Shown here: in pieces, positions 13,564-26,956 of the stretch
Layout: each line of letters starts with the position of its first letter
Numbering within the stretch: position 1 is the stretch's first letter
Source of the DNA: Podarcis vaucheri
Lineage: Eukaryota
Length of the DNA: 64,000 nucleotides
Strand: one strand, 5' to 3'
Assembly: GCA_965113315.1 (NCBI GenBank)
Contig: OZ220364.1
Program-made: the position numbers and the translations under genes
Notes under the pieces: model-generated
What the model was told of the DNA's origin: nothing
Databases searched by the model: none
What the model saw: the letters and a program-made list of their open reading frames with translations, nothing else

Positions 13564-13680
13564 CTTGCACAGACAAGGAGCTGAGGACCCTTGCATCCCG
13601 CCTAAAAGACTGGTTTGGTGCTCTTCATGAAGATGCAAATCGTGTCATCAAGCCAACCAGCTCAGATTCAGCACAAGGCA
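13564..13680 (+). CDS. SPOCK1: SPOCK1/testican-1 internal coding exon (117 bp; probably equivalent to human exon 7)
   Basis: Acceptor ...ttttcttaacag| and donor |gtaaga. Translates (A)CTDKELRTLASRLKDWFGALHEDANRVIKPTSSDSAQG(R), matching recalled testican-1 sequence. Absent from the ORF track. Confidence 0.96.
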
Positions 13681-13962
13681 GTAAGATGACACTCTAAAAA
13701 TAAAGTTTGAGATAAGTTCACAAGTTCAGCAAGTCAACAATAACTGTAATGACAACTAATGAATCTGTCATTTAGTTATGCTGTGGTACATTCTCCTGCT
13801 ATTTCAAACTACCCATTATTTTGTTTTATTTTTTGCATATAGAAACAGGGTTTGAAATTTAATCACCATTTGCAGTCTGTCAAGTCGGGAAACTGTGAGG
13901 TAGCTAATGGACCATCTAGGGAAGAACTGTACCCTGCAATGCATTAGACAAATAGGATAATA

Positions 13963-14335
13963 CTTGGGGTTAGGCAAGGCTTACCAGGCATGGGCCGAAT
14001 CACTCCAGTGGAGATCCTCTGTGGGCTGGGCCAGCGCAGTGCGACACCAGAAATCACTTCTGCACATGCCCAGATGCCAAAAATTGCACCTGTGCAGAAG
14101 TGATTTTCAGCATCTGGGCATGCGTAGAAGCGATTTCCGGTGCCGCAGACATGCACAGACGCGATTTCCGGTGTCTGGGCTTGTGCAGAAGCGATTTCTA
14201 GAGCCACAGAAGAGAGTCCCCATGCTGCGCTGCATAGTTTAGCACAGCACGCGGGAACTCACCAAGTGGGCAGCTCAGTTCAGGGGCGGTTCAGGGGCTA
14301 TTTCCGGCCCATGGGCCTTAGGTTGCCAACCTCTG
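13963..14335. mobile_element. GC-rich non-autonomous hAT-like element with internal ~30-bp subrepeats
   Basis: Ends ggggttaggcaa / ttgccaacctctg. Repeated units ctgggcatgcg(c/t)agaagcgatttccggtg occur in both orientations at 14050-14200. No clean TSD. Confidence 0.6.
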
Positions 14336-17300
14336 GGGTAGCGCAACGGCTGTGACTCCTGCTGGATATCAAACAAAGGCCTAATGTTCTGTTTCCTACA
14401 GTGGCCAGCCAAAGGCATATGGGGAACACACAAGCAGGACTGGGGGGAGTAAGGGGGACAGCTCTTGCCTGTTATTGTCCGCTAATAAGTAGTAGCTTGC
14501 TAGCTTGCTACCCACCCTTCAACAGGTCTTAACAATTTAAAATTCAGAAATTAAAAACAGGTAAAAGAAAATACAGCCGCAAGAACAGGGTGGGTCCTGA
14601 AAACATTCCTCTCTAGTGTAAAAGGCTATGATAAAGTTCTGGGTCTTCTATGTTCACAGAAAGCTGTTTAGGGAAGGTGTGAGACATACCACTGCAGGGA
14701 GTGAATTCCATAGCTTACAGAACCATCAAGCCTTGTAGACATTAATAGCCTCCGCCCCACCATGAATTTGTCTAATAATCCCTCTTTTAAAGACATCTCA
14801 ACTGGTGAGTGCTGTGATTTAAAAATGTGTTGGTTCTGTGGAGGAAGGGCACATAAGGCGGCTAAATACAGTCTCTTGCCTGAGGGCCCACAGAATCTTG
14901 CATCCAACAGGTGCTGTGTCAAGGCTTTGTGCAAAAGGAACAGGCTTTCTGCTGCCCTACTGACTTTCCAGTAACTGACAGCATGCAGTAGGCAGGGAGC
15001 GGGGGGGGGGAGAGAGAAAGGGGCTTTCTGTCAGTCCTGTTACTCCTTCCCTCTAGTGAGGGGTGGCAGAGTTTGCTGAAACTAAGTGAAATGTCAGCAG
15101 CCTCCCACCTGCTCTCAACAGAATTTGTCAAACTTGGGCAATTTTTCAATCTGTAGGTTAAAAATTCACAGCAGGCTTTGTGTGCTACAAATATTCCCAC
15201 GGCAGGCACTAGATTGGAAACATAATTTTAACAGAATGCTTTTTTATCCATTTATTATTAAGCATGCAACCGCCTGTCCCTGAGCAAGAAACTGCAAGAC
15301 CTTTTCTGTGTGAAAGTGCCTTTTTTCTTGGGTTAATGAGTATTTAGGGAGGGAGGGTGCAGATTGTAGGCAGGCCTACGTGTTACCATGGAACAGCAAT
15401 CCTGAGTAGAAGCTATTGGTGTGTAACTATATCTGGCTTTCCCCTCCATTTATTTTAATTATTTAAAAGGACAAACTGCATTTGTAATCTTTCATGAAAA
15501 CCAAGAGGACACTAAAGATGTTCTTTTGGATAGCCCAAGCCCCTTTGAATGGTACACCTCTACAGTAATCCAACCCAGGAGCTTAGTAAATACTAAGTGC
15601 AGACTCCATGTTTGTGGACGGTACCGCGTCAAACTGCTTGTGGCAGAATAACAGAACTGAATGATCCTTAATATAAAACTTCCTGCTCACTTCCCACCCG
15701 TGCTGTTTGTGTGAACCAGGCATAAGTTTCCAGTGCTCGCGAATCTCCAGCCTTTCACCATTCTGCTTGCATTTTCCTCCACCGACGTGATCACTTCATT
15801 GACATGAGCTGTCAGGTTATGCTTATGGAGCCATAAGAAGCACATGTTTTTTTCACTGCAATCTATTTTGAGTATTTCTCTGTGGTTTTAAAGCAACTTC
15901 CAAATGATTGGAAATGATGGCTAAGATTTCTCTGGATACACTGCATCTGGAGGTGTTCCACTGAATGTTTTCCTGTACTGCAGTTTGATAGGATGCTGCT
16001 GTAAGGTAACGAAAACCGAGTGGCTCAGGTTCATCTGCAGGCAAAAAGTAAAGATTATAGTCTTCCTATTCATTCGTGAAGTGGAAGTATTGACACAGTT
16101 TTAAGTTTTAACTACTGTAATCTCATTCGCTGACCACTTTGGGCAAAGCTCTTTTCTTTCTTATTTCCAAGCAACAGAAACAAAGTTATTCAGAGCACCA
16201 GTGTTGTTGTTGTTTTTGCAATTAGTACCTTTTCTAAAGTGAGTGTTGTTGTTTTTTAAATGTCACTGGAAACTAGTTATTCTGTGCAGTGGAAGCCTAT
16301 GCATGTTTTCTTGAAAGTAATTCCCACACTGTGTTCAGTGGGTTTAATGCCCTAAAAAGTGTGGTTAGGATCAAAGATGCAGCTAATTTAGCTTCAACAG
16401 CCCAATCTTAGAAATTAGAAATCAATTAAGTCTTAGGGATGGAGCCCATAGATCCACCTACATGTATACAAGATAAAGCATTCATGTGGCATATAAGCAA
16501 GTGTTGAGCACTGCATAGCTTTCTTTGAAAAAAATTATCCAGATTTGCCTTTTTGTCTCCCTTTTGGTTTGTTCATTCCACTAGTCCAGCACAAACACAA
16601 GGCCCCAATATATATAAACTGATATTTTATTTTACCTGCAAACAATAATGCAACATATACAATTGTTACAGTAAGGCATAGGGAATGCAAGTGTTCTTAT
16701 CCATAGTTTTTTCTACTAAATAGTTGTTTCCATCCAAGTTATAACATCCATCTATATCCCATTCATTTAAGAGAACGAAAAATTTGCACATTTTTAAAGA
16801 TTAGATCAGTAGTTATTCTAGTTCAGATGTGTACAATCAGTACACGGGTTCAGCTGGTGTGCCGTCAGAAGCTCCACTGAACTATGGTCTGTACCCACAA
16901 ATTTATGTGTATCTTTTTCTATATTGAATCTGGAAATTCCAAAACTATTTATTATAAATTGTATTTTTATTAAGTCTGCTTCTGTCTAAACGGTGCATTG
17001 TGCCCAGTGTTTCAGTGTACAATTTTCTGTTCATTTTTACGTGTGAAATGTGTAGGTGAAAAGGTTTTGAGACAATAAGAAGCCTTTTACAAATAGGTCA
17101 CTTATTTGAATCTGTTCCAGAATCTGAAGTGATTGGAAGCTGGGGTCTCTTGTTACCAGCTGTCCAAGACAATGTTACATGTAATGACTTAAGCCCACTT
17201 TTGGTTGAGCAGGTGTTTTGAGTCCAAAGAATCCCCTTCTCAACAGGCACTAATTAATAACCTTTCTAGAATTGCCTGCAAATATATCGAGATACTTGAA

Positions 17301-18304
17301 TGACCTAAAAAGCTAGCGAGACTTTTGATCTTTGGCCTTATTATTTGAGGCTGTGGGATGAAGGGAAAAAGTGAAAAAGACAAAGCTTTCTCGATGCAGG
17401 CGTGTTTGAGCTGTAGCATTGAACAGGTTTCTTGCTTACTTCCAGCCAACATTTTAGGAGAGGAGTAGAGAACAAAGTCGATATCATATTTTGAGTGAAA
17501 GAAGTATATTAAGCTTCCCAACACATATAAAGAAACCTAACATTCAGCACTGTTGTCGTCTTTACCCTACTTTTCTTGCACATCCATCTCCTACACTTCT
17601 GAAAACTGGCTGAGCACTGCCATGGAAAGGAAATATATCAATATGTAAAAGGGTTCCTCCTTTTACATATACCCCATTAATGTGTATGTAACTGTATGCA
17701 TTTTGACAGCCTGTATCTTGTTTATCAAATCATGTTTTTTTGTCATGACCCATCATTTGAGCAAACCTTTTTATGATCATTACACCAGTGATGTCAGAGG
17801 GATCTGTGTTAACAGTAGCATGCCCTTTAAAAGATATTCTTCACTGAGTATCCTACAGCACTATGATTTAGATTTAAATAGATATTCCATTCCCTGCAAA
17901 AGAGGAGCAACTAACAATAGGCAGGTGCTCAACTTTCTCACTGAAATCAATGGGGAGCTTGGCTGGGTTATGTCCAATGTTTCTTTTGACCACTGTATTA
18001 TACTGAAAATGTAAAGCTACAGGCGTAAAATTCAGAATTACAGTTAATTCATTATGTACATGTCAGTATGTAGGAGCTGGAGCAGGATTTGGGCTGGGTT
18101 TTTATCCCTCGGATGGAACAGTGCAGTGCTGCTTGTGGTAAAAGCAGTCTGAGTAAGAAACCACTGTAGCAAGACTTTTATAGTGTGGTAGTTTTGGTGA
18201 GGTGTTTTCCATTATCTTAGTTCAGGATAACAATGTCCTATTGTATATTATATTCCTATTATATATATTATTCACACCTTGGAGTTACACATATCCGTTT
18301 AAGC

Positions 18305-18412
18305 ATAGGTTGAATGGTCATCTGCCGTGGATGCTTTAGCTGAGATTCCTGCATTGCAGGAGGTTGGACTAGATGACCCTTGGGGGCCCCTTCCAACTCT
18401 ACAGTTCTATGA
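18305..18412 (+). mobile_element. CR1 LINE 3' end fragment
   Basis: ggttggactagatgaccc...ccttccaactctacagttctatgat, a typical CR1 3' terminus. Confidence 0.8.
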
Positions 18413-19709
18413 TTTTTATTTTTATTTCATTACATTTGTATCCCACTGTTCCTCAAAAGAGCACAAGGTGGCATACGCAGTTCTCCTCCCCATTTTATCA
18501 AGCCTGTGAGGCAGATTAGGCTGAGAGTGACGTATCAGATGTCTAAGAAAAGGTAATAGATTGATGTGGTGGTTTTTCTGTAGTTTCTTGAAAGTCACTG
18601 CTTTGAATAAATGTATGCCTCATTTTTTTCCCTTAAAGGTTTACTTGTCTAGAAAGAGGCAAGAAAGTGTACCTAAGACTTGGCAATCTTGGACTTGATT
18701 GTTGACACGGGCATGTCAAGTAGTGATTCAATCAAAGCAACTTTTATTCAAAGGCAGTGGAAATAAACACTTACTGCCACATCTCAGCACCATAATATAC
18801 TTGAAAGGCTTTGATCCCTCACTTCCTTGCTTTAACCTTTTAAACAGCAATAACTAGCTAGCTAAACTTTTCATAAGACTTCTTTAAATGCCTGCATATT
18901 AAAGTAGCACATTATTATTTTCTAGTAGAAGTCTTGAGAGAAAAATTTAGTAGCAAAGCTTCTGCCACTGTTATGGGAAACGCCAGATGTAATAGGTATA
19001 AAGCTGTAGAGTTTACCTAGAACCACCTTCACCATGTTTATATGACTGTACCCACTTTTCTTCAGCATAAAGGTCCTCCCATTTTTTAAAACACAGTTCT
19101 ACAACTTTATAGGAGAAGCCAGTGGTACATGGTCCTAATTAGTGTCCACCCCTCCCCTGCTGGATGCAACAAGAAAACTCCTCCCTCTCCTTTAGAAAGA
19201 ATTTCTTTGTTTCTTTTAAAGGAATAATCAATGAATGGAGTAACACAAATTTGTTGCCACTGTTCCCCTGAAACATGAGAATGGATGGATGGATAAACTA
19301 GCATTTTGATTTGGTTGTCACCCATGCTGATCATTTCAGATGAAAAACCAGGGTCACCCTGCTGCTGAGGGATGCACTCGGAGTTCTCTTCTGCTCTCTA
19401 TTATCTGTACATTATCTGAATTAAAGGCATTTCTAAAATGCTTAATATCTAAACAGCTCCAAGTGATATATAAAAATTCAACATAAAAACAATGAAACTG
19501 TATCACAGAAACTGGAAACCAGTAAAATGTTATTATAAAAAGGTGTAAAAACAGGAAAAAGCATCCCTGTGCAGGAACAATGGTAGAAAATGCCCTTTTT
19601 CAGGTCACTACCCTGTGATATTCTATAGGCTGCTGTGCCACAAGTAAAAATTCCCAAGACAATCTAAATGATCTTACAGGTCTGTACAGGGGCAAACAGG
19701 TATTTTTTA

Positions 19710-20009
19710 AGATATTCTTCAAATATCTAAAGGCTGTCACCTAGAAGATAGAGCAAGCTTGTTTTCTCTTGCTCCGGAGGGTAAGACCCCAACCAATGGC
19801 TTCAAGTTACAAGAAAAGAGATTCTGACTAAACATCTGGAAGAACTTTCTGGTGGTAAGAGTTGTTCAACAGTGCAACCAACCCTCTTGGAGGTTTTTAA
19901 GCAGAGCTTAGATGGCCATCTGTCATGGATGAGATTCCTGCATTGCAGGGAGTTGGACTTGATTACCCTCGGGATCCCTTCCAACTCTACAATTCATATG
20001 ATTCTATGA
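19710..20009 (+). mobile_element. CR1 LINE 3' fragment (RT C-terminus + 3' UTR)
   Basis: Degenerate FKYLK...NGFKLQEKRF.LNI.KNFL coding. Ends cccttccaactctacaattcatatgattctatga. Confidence 0.85.
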
Positions 20010-21834
20010 AGCCTCATTCCTCATGTATCAATTGTACCCTATCCTACTGTAAGAGGAGACCGTGATCACTTAGCCTCCATTCAACACTTCTCAGTTTCTT
20101 CCAAAATTAAAGTATCATACATCATCATAATTTGTGATCACCAGGATCATAAGTACTTAATTTCACTCTGGGAACTCAGAGTCAACCAAGGAAATGAATA
20201 ATGAATAACAATAGTAATTATGGCAATGATCTAAAATATGTGCAAGAAAAGCCCCTAGCCCATCTCTACAAAGCAAGGTACTGGAAAACTCAGACACTTG
20301 CTCTCAGGCCCCAGTCTCAGTTGTCTTTAGCTTGGAGGGAAATCGGTTTATCTTTTTGAAGTGGCGTGTAATAAAATAGCATTAATGTTTATATTAACTG
20401 AACACCTCTGATGATTCTTCAGTGTCACAGAGAACCCTCCATCAGTGTTACACCTAAAGAGCTTTATTCCAGTGTGATGCCTTTCTGATCCTCCACTTAA
20501 AATAGCAGATAGACTTCAGTTCTATTCTAGGCTTTCATGACAGTTCAGTCTAAGAAGTCTCCATCCTACCCTCCCACCCCCCACCCCCCGCAGTTATGAA
20601 GAAGCTCATATAATGGGGAAATCTTCATTTTATGCACCCTAAGGAAGTGACAGCTGTTCAAAAAGAGAAGACATGTTCTTCAATGGATTGGTTGTAATAT
20701 GTGGTAACCAATGTACGATTTGCCACCATCAAACCAGAGCTAGGTGCTAAAAATACATCTCAGAAGGGGAAATAGATAGAAGACACTGGGTATACAAACT
20801 TGACTTTCTGAGCATTGCAAACAAATCTTTGACAAATTATGTGTCTTGCTTAACTCTGGGAGAAGCTATAGCAAGATGAGGTGTGAGTGGGGCATCCAAA
20901 TGAAAAAGTTGCTTCACACTATGAGTTGGAGGTGGGTTTCCAGGATTACAAGCAGAGATGCCAGGGTTCTTGGAGAAGCAGAAAGTCCTGTAATTGTTTT
21001 CCTGAATCAGAAGCAAGCAATTTTTTTAAAAAAGCTTTGCCATAAAATACATGCTGGCCTGCTAATCGCTGCCATCAAATTGGAGAGCTAGTTGTTAACA
21101 TGCAGAATGCAGCATTCAAAAGAGTGTATTGCAGAGAAGAAACATTTACAGAAAGAATTTTATCATTTTAAGGAATGTGAGAGGAGACTATAAAGAAATT
21201 TATTGGAGAAAAATGGGTATCTTTCATGATGTTTTCTGTTCTCTGATTCTAGGAAATTTGAGAATGAAGCAAATGTCTCCTCCCAAGTCATTACAGTGCT
21301 GCTTCTCTTTAAGAGGGGAGGGTGCTCCCAGACCTTGTTATATATTCCCCCTGCCCCGCACACGTGCAGCACTTTGCATTGTACATTAATAGAATTGCTG
21401 TGAGTAGCTTTGGGACTAGGTTTTGGCTGAAAAGCAGGATAATATGTGCAGGATAATAAATAAATGTGCAAATGCACAGAGAGGGCAAAATTGAATTCTG
21501 AACGAAAACAGGCTTCAATGAACTGTGAACCACTTACCTTGCCTTTTCATTCACATTTGTGAAACAATAATGAATGGCTATGACTGAGAGTATTATCCAT
21601 CTCTAAGGTTTACCCTGCTGTCTTTTAGCCCATCCATTTCATTCACACTTTGTTCTGAATTGGGATCATCATGTTCCATTTTCTTACAAGTCAAGAAGGA
21701 AAGGTTAATCTGAAATCAATTTTGCCCCAGTTATCTGCAAGACTGAAAACAGAGTCAATTAGCAGGGCTTCTTGTTTCCAAGAGAAATCTGTATGTTTTA
21801 GCTCAGTCTAGGTTGTTTGCTCCTGCCTTTACAG

Positions 21835-22056
21835 GATTTGACACTAGCATATTACCAATCTGCAAGGATTCGTTGGGCTGGATGTTCAACAAACTGGATA
21901 TGAACTATGACCTTCTCCTCGATCACTCAGAGATCAATGCCATTTATCTTGATAAATATGAGCCATGCATTAAACCGCTCTTCAACTCCTGTGACTCCTT
22001 CAAAGATGGAAAGCTTTCAAACAACGAATGGTGCTACTGCTTTCAGAAGCCTGGAG
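21835..22056 (+). CDS. SPOCK1: SPOCK1 exon encoding the SPARC-type extracellular Ca-binding (EC/EF-hand) domain (222 bp)
   Basis: Acceptor ...gcctttacag| and donor |gtaagt. Encodes FDTSILPICKDSLGWMFNKLDMNYDLLLDHSEINAIYLDKYEPCIKPLFNSCDSFKDGKLSNNEWCYCFQKPG, contained in ORF 21813..22088. Confidence 0.97.
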
Positions 22057-22190
22057 GTAAGTTACTAAATTTTGTACTAGAAAATTGACTCTGTGATTGC
22101 ATGTTGATACTAAAATATTTATACAGGAAAACTAGCTCCCATGTAATATTAAAAGGCAAATGCATTATTAGGATTTGTATAAGGCACATC

Positions 22191-22552
22191 GTAAGGGACA
22201 CGGGTGGCGCTGTGGGTTAAAGCCTCAGCGCCTAGGGCTTGCCGATCGAAAGGTCGGCGGTTCGAATCCCCGCGGCGGGGTGCGCTCCCGCTGCTCGGTC
22301 CCAGCGCCTGCCAACCTAGCAGTTCGAAAGCACCCCCGGGTGCAAGTAGATAAATAGGTACCGCTTACCAGCGGGAAGGTAAACGGCGTTCCGTGTGCTG
22401 CGCTGGCTCGCCAGATGCAGCTTTGTCACGCTGGCCACGTGACCCGGAAGTGTCTCCGGACAGCGCTGGCCTATAGATGTGAGATGGGCGCACAAACCCC
22501 AGAGTCTGTCAAGACTGGCCCGTTCGGGCAGGGGTACCTTTACCTTTACCTT
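22191..22552 (+). mobile_element. Full-length Sauria (Squam1-type) tRNA-derived SINE, young copy
   Basis: A box gtggcgctgtggg, B box ggttcgaatcc and (ACCTTT)n tail. Perfect 11-bp TSD taaggcacatc (22180-22190 / 22553-22563). CpGs are retained. Confidence 0.92.
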
Positions 22553-24681
22553 TAAGGCACATCAACATACCTCACTCCTAATAAAGTTGGCATAGTTTTA
22601 AATTGATTAAGTGAGGAGACATGCTTGATTTTCATACGGTAAACAACACTGATATTATTACCACTCCACTTACTTGTTACGTATTGAGTGGAATTCAGTT
22701 GAGTAGCATTAGATGGCTAGAAAATCCTGGGTGTGAAAATCCTAGCATCAAATAGACACTGACACCTAAAACGTTGAACCTGGTTACTGAACACAGCAGG
22801 AAGCAAGTTTCTTCTCCCATATTTACAAAACTTGGCCACTGCCACTTCCTTAGTCCCTGCTTCTCCAGACCAGTTAGTTCCCATGGATCCAAAATACTTT
22901 CATTACCATGGCTTACAGTGCTCTCAGCCCTTTCAAGATAAATTGGAGGTGGGTTAGCAGCAGATCCAGTTGTTGCCATCCCCTTATCTTCTTTAAACCC
23001 TTCTAGCACTAGCGGAGAGCGCACTACTCCTGGCAGTGTGATCCCGGTGCGGTGTCATCATGGCTGCCCTCTCCACCCACACTGGGCACCACACCCCCAC
23101 AGGCTGCGCACCATGCCCCCAGGATGCACGCCAGCCCCGCCCCAGCCTGCTCTCTGCCCCCCCCCCCCGGTGCAGGAGCATGAAGCTCTGCCACTGCCTT
23201 CTAGGCCAGCTGTATCCCATCAGCAGTGGGCCCAGAAGCAGGTGGGCTTTTGCCACCTGTGACTTGGAAATGGCTCTTCCCCAAGTGGATGGCTGGAGGG
23301 TTAGTCATTATTCTATGATTAATTTACTATTATGTACTTTGCTATGGTTTCTGCATAAGTATTGCCCTTCCCATTTCTTCCCTCCCCAAACATAACTTTG
23401 TGTACGGATGTGTTTTTCTCTTTTTTTGTGCAGTTTGTGTTTAATTCCATTTTTTATGAGATAATGAGAACAAGAGGAGAATGACTGGTAGTATTGTTTT
23501 GTTACTTTTAGCAATATCAGCCAGACAGTCCTCATTGCCTAGAAAGACAAGTTCTTCGACGTTTACTTTCCTCTTAGGTTCCTATTTTTTCTTGCTTCTC
23601 TTTTTCTGTTCCTCTCTTATAATTTGTTCATTCTTTTCTTTCCCAACATTTTAGTTTTCCTTTTAGAATAAATTTATTTCGAATCCAGGCATCCTTTAGT
23701 TTGCCTTTTCCATGTAATTCTCTCCTTATCATTCTTATCTTTCCCATTTTATTATTCTTTGTCCACAATTTTTGTTGTTGCTTCCTTTAAACATCTTCCT
23801 TAGACCCAAGCTTCCTTCCTCCTCTATTACTTACAAGAGCAGACCATGATTGTGCATAACAGAAGCTATTCAATTAAGTGGACTTAACTCCCATTAAAAT
23901 TATTAAGTACATGATTTTATGTGAAGGCTGCAAACTTTTTAAATGCACTCTTTTGGGCACTCTCATGCCTCCTCCATATCCATCTTTGGACCTGTTGAGA
24001 GGAATAGAGATCTTCCATTGTTATATCCAGTATACATTTTACACACAGTGTGGCAAGGTCTCTGTCTTCCTGCTCTTCTATCCCTTGTGGGTGTGGAGTA
24101 GAAGTTGGTGGCGTCATGTACGTGGCATCCATTTAAACACACCAAAGTCTCTGTGTCCTCTTATCCATATATAGGCCAAAGAGTCTAGATTAGGTTCATG
24201 GCCTCCTACTTGGTGGCTAAAAAATGCCTGTGAGGTTCCTTTCACATGGTGGCCTCCTTGTTCCATTGGCTATGGAGGAGAGTGTGCCCTAGGAAATCTA
24301 GACTATGATCATGGTTTTCAATCTCAAAATTTGTTCTATTGGTATTAGCTTATTGCTTATGTCATTGCTTATAATGTGAAAATTAGTCTTTTAGCAAGCA
24401 GTAAATTAGCATCCTAGCTTTGGATCACGCTGGTGAAGGAAAGGAAAACTGTCTTAATAACCAAAATGGCCCCCAAACACACTTTTTAAGCAAAGCATGT
24501 TGTGAATTTTTTAATTAGTAAAGCTAATGGCATACATTTGTTCTGCAGTACAGTACAAGCATATGTGGTTCATTCATTCCCAGGTGTGCAATAGACTACC
24601 ACTGCCTGTCAATTGCAAAGCTAATCATTAGAGAATCTGTCCCTTACCATCTGGAAACTACTCTCATGTATTTTGTTTTAG

Positions 24682-24744
24682 GTCTCCCTTGCCAGAATGA
24701 GATGAACAGAATTCAAAAGCTGGGCAAGGGGAAGAGCCTGATGG
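24682..24744 (+). CDS. SPOCK1: SPOCK1 exon, start of thyroglobulin type-1 domain (63 bp)
   Basis: Acceptor ...ttttgttttag| and donor |gtaagt. Encodes (G)LPCQNEMNRIQKLGKGKSLM(G), in frame with both flanking exons. Confidence 0.95.
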
Positions 24745-26956
24745 GTAAGTTCAGTTACTTGCCACTCACTCATTTAAGCTGCTAATTAAAGCTTCTGTTA
24801 TTACTGTGACGTTACATGCTGTAATAGGGTCCCAACTGTGTGCTTGTGCCACTTCAGGAACTCATATAAATAACAGAACATCAGCCTGTGCTAAATGTGT
24901 TCCATGACTTGGCATACTAGGTAACATTATGCAGAACAGAGACTGTCTGTCTACTGAAATCTCAAATCAGTGCCATTAAATTGACACAGCACATAGATTT
25001 ATTTCTTTATTGTTTGACAAATCCAAAGTAAGAAATAGGCTTATTGGATCTTCCCCTCCCCTAAAGTATAAATTGCACTTTTAAATGTGCTGTAATGATA
25101 CACATATTAAGGTAATTTTGGTATGTTGAGCACATAATGCCATTGGGAAGTTGAAGAATCCATCTGTTAAACTGTAGGTGTATAATACTAACAGCTTTGG
25201 ACACTATGGGCTTAAATCTGTGAATTTCAGCACATTTCTCTTCCACATTAAATAATTCATAATTGAAATCAAATAATACTTCCAGTAATGCACAGTGAAA
25301 TTAATACAAACATCATTTTAAAGCAGCAATACTGAAATGCATACATAAATTGAAAACCATGCAAGTAGAAAAGGAAAGAAAAATCATTATGACACACAGG
25401 ATATGTGCGGAGAGGCAGCATTTGTACTTTTTAATGCCTTGAAGTATCTGCACAAATATACTTTGCCTGGGGATTCTTATTGAAGGTGAAGGAAACACAG
25501 CGTGGCAGGGCAAGTTCCCCCTCCCTTCAAGAATATTATTTTCAAGTACTCCCCTCCCCCAGGACACATTTGGAGGTAGTAATAACCCTGATCTGTGGAC
25601 AGAAGGTAGGTTTTGCTTTTATTCCGTTGTGCTCCTAAGAACAACCCGTTTACCCTTGTACTACATAGCTCAATGGACTCCTTTAAGGACTGAGTTGGTG
25701 CCATGTATATGTTCCTGCTTCCTTATATGAAAGTATTCCTCCCACAAAACAGAACTTAACAATGAAAATAGTGTAGAAAGGTATTCCATTGCTGTTACTA
25801 GGAAGCTACATTAAGCCCATGAGGCATTCCCATTATTCATGAGATCAAATTTATTAATCCATATAGCCCAGGGGCAAACTTTCTTAATGGTCATTTGCAA
25901 CAAATTGGTAGGCAAGTAACTAATGCATGCATGATGTGATACGTAAATGAACTGCAGTTATAGCTGTTGTGACTCCTGCACCATGAGGAAGATAACAATG
26001 AGGAGGAAATAATTTTTGCTGAGATACTCATCCCATTCCCATGGGCCATTCTGACCTGAGGATGTAGCTCTTCCACATTCCTTAAACCTATTCCTTCCAC
26101 AGTACAGGTCAGCACCTGCAAAATCAGACAAGGTCCCTTTAAATCACCACAGCCAACTCCTCAGAAAGGTGGGCCAATGGCTGTTAATGCCAGCGTACAT
26201 AACGCCTCAGATATTCCTCATCCATGTGAAATGGAGTAAAATAGCCCTTTTGACGTTATGTGTGCACATTGCAGAGATGCATTGATCTACAGTACTGGTG
26301 AAGGAAGCCTTTTATTTATTTTGAGTAGTAAATCAAGTACTGGTAGTATCTCTCCAACAAAGGTGCTAGGTATTTTCTCAGATATAGCCAGACCCAGTAA
26401 AAGTCTGCTCTTCTGTGCCTGTAACAGAAGCAAACACTAGATGATGGAAACTGCTATATAAAACCCATGCTCAATATTCTTCTAACTGATCTTCAGGTAG
26501 ACGTGGTTTGTATTAAATTTATGCAAGTACATTTGCACTGAATCCGTTGAAGCTGATGGCAGAAATATGAGCTTTCGTGAGAGAGGAACAGAGAGCCACA
26601 ATGATAAACAGAACCAGTTGTTGTCACTGCACTTCTTATAAAATGAAGGCACTTTACGGTTGTTGTTGTTGTTTTTCTTTATTTCAAGATAAAAATTTGA
26701 ATTGCAGCCCTTTTGCACCCTCACAATCTCTTCTAAATGCTATTTGTGTGGAAGAACCTTACTGACAAAAGAACTGGTGGTGGTGGGCAGGGGGAGGGAG
26801 AGAGAGAAACAGTATGCCTGACCATTTCAACCTGCTGTGCAAACAGTCAAAGAAAGCACTCCTTGAACGTCAGGGCCAGACAAATGCAAGTTTATCTTCC
26901 TGCTTAGCTCTACAAGTATTTGTATTATTGACAAGGGCACCATTTGCTATCCCTAG

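Noticed and set aside
21813-21834. N-terminal extensions of ORFs 21813..22088 and 29878..30138 as real starts
   Set aside because: These are intronic sequences upstream of clear splice acceptors. The true frame comes from upstream exons.
22195-22275. tRNA gene (A/B boxes, GGTTCGAATCC)
   Set aside because: It is the tRNA-derived head of a Sauria SINE, continuing into the SINE body with a TSD. The same applies at 48930 and 60425.
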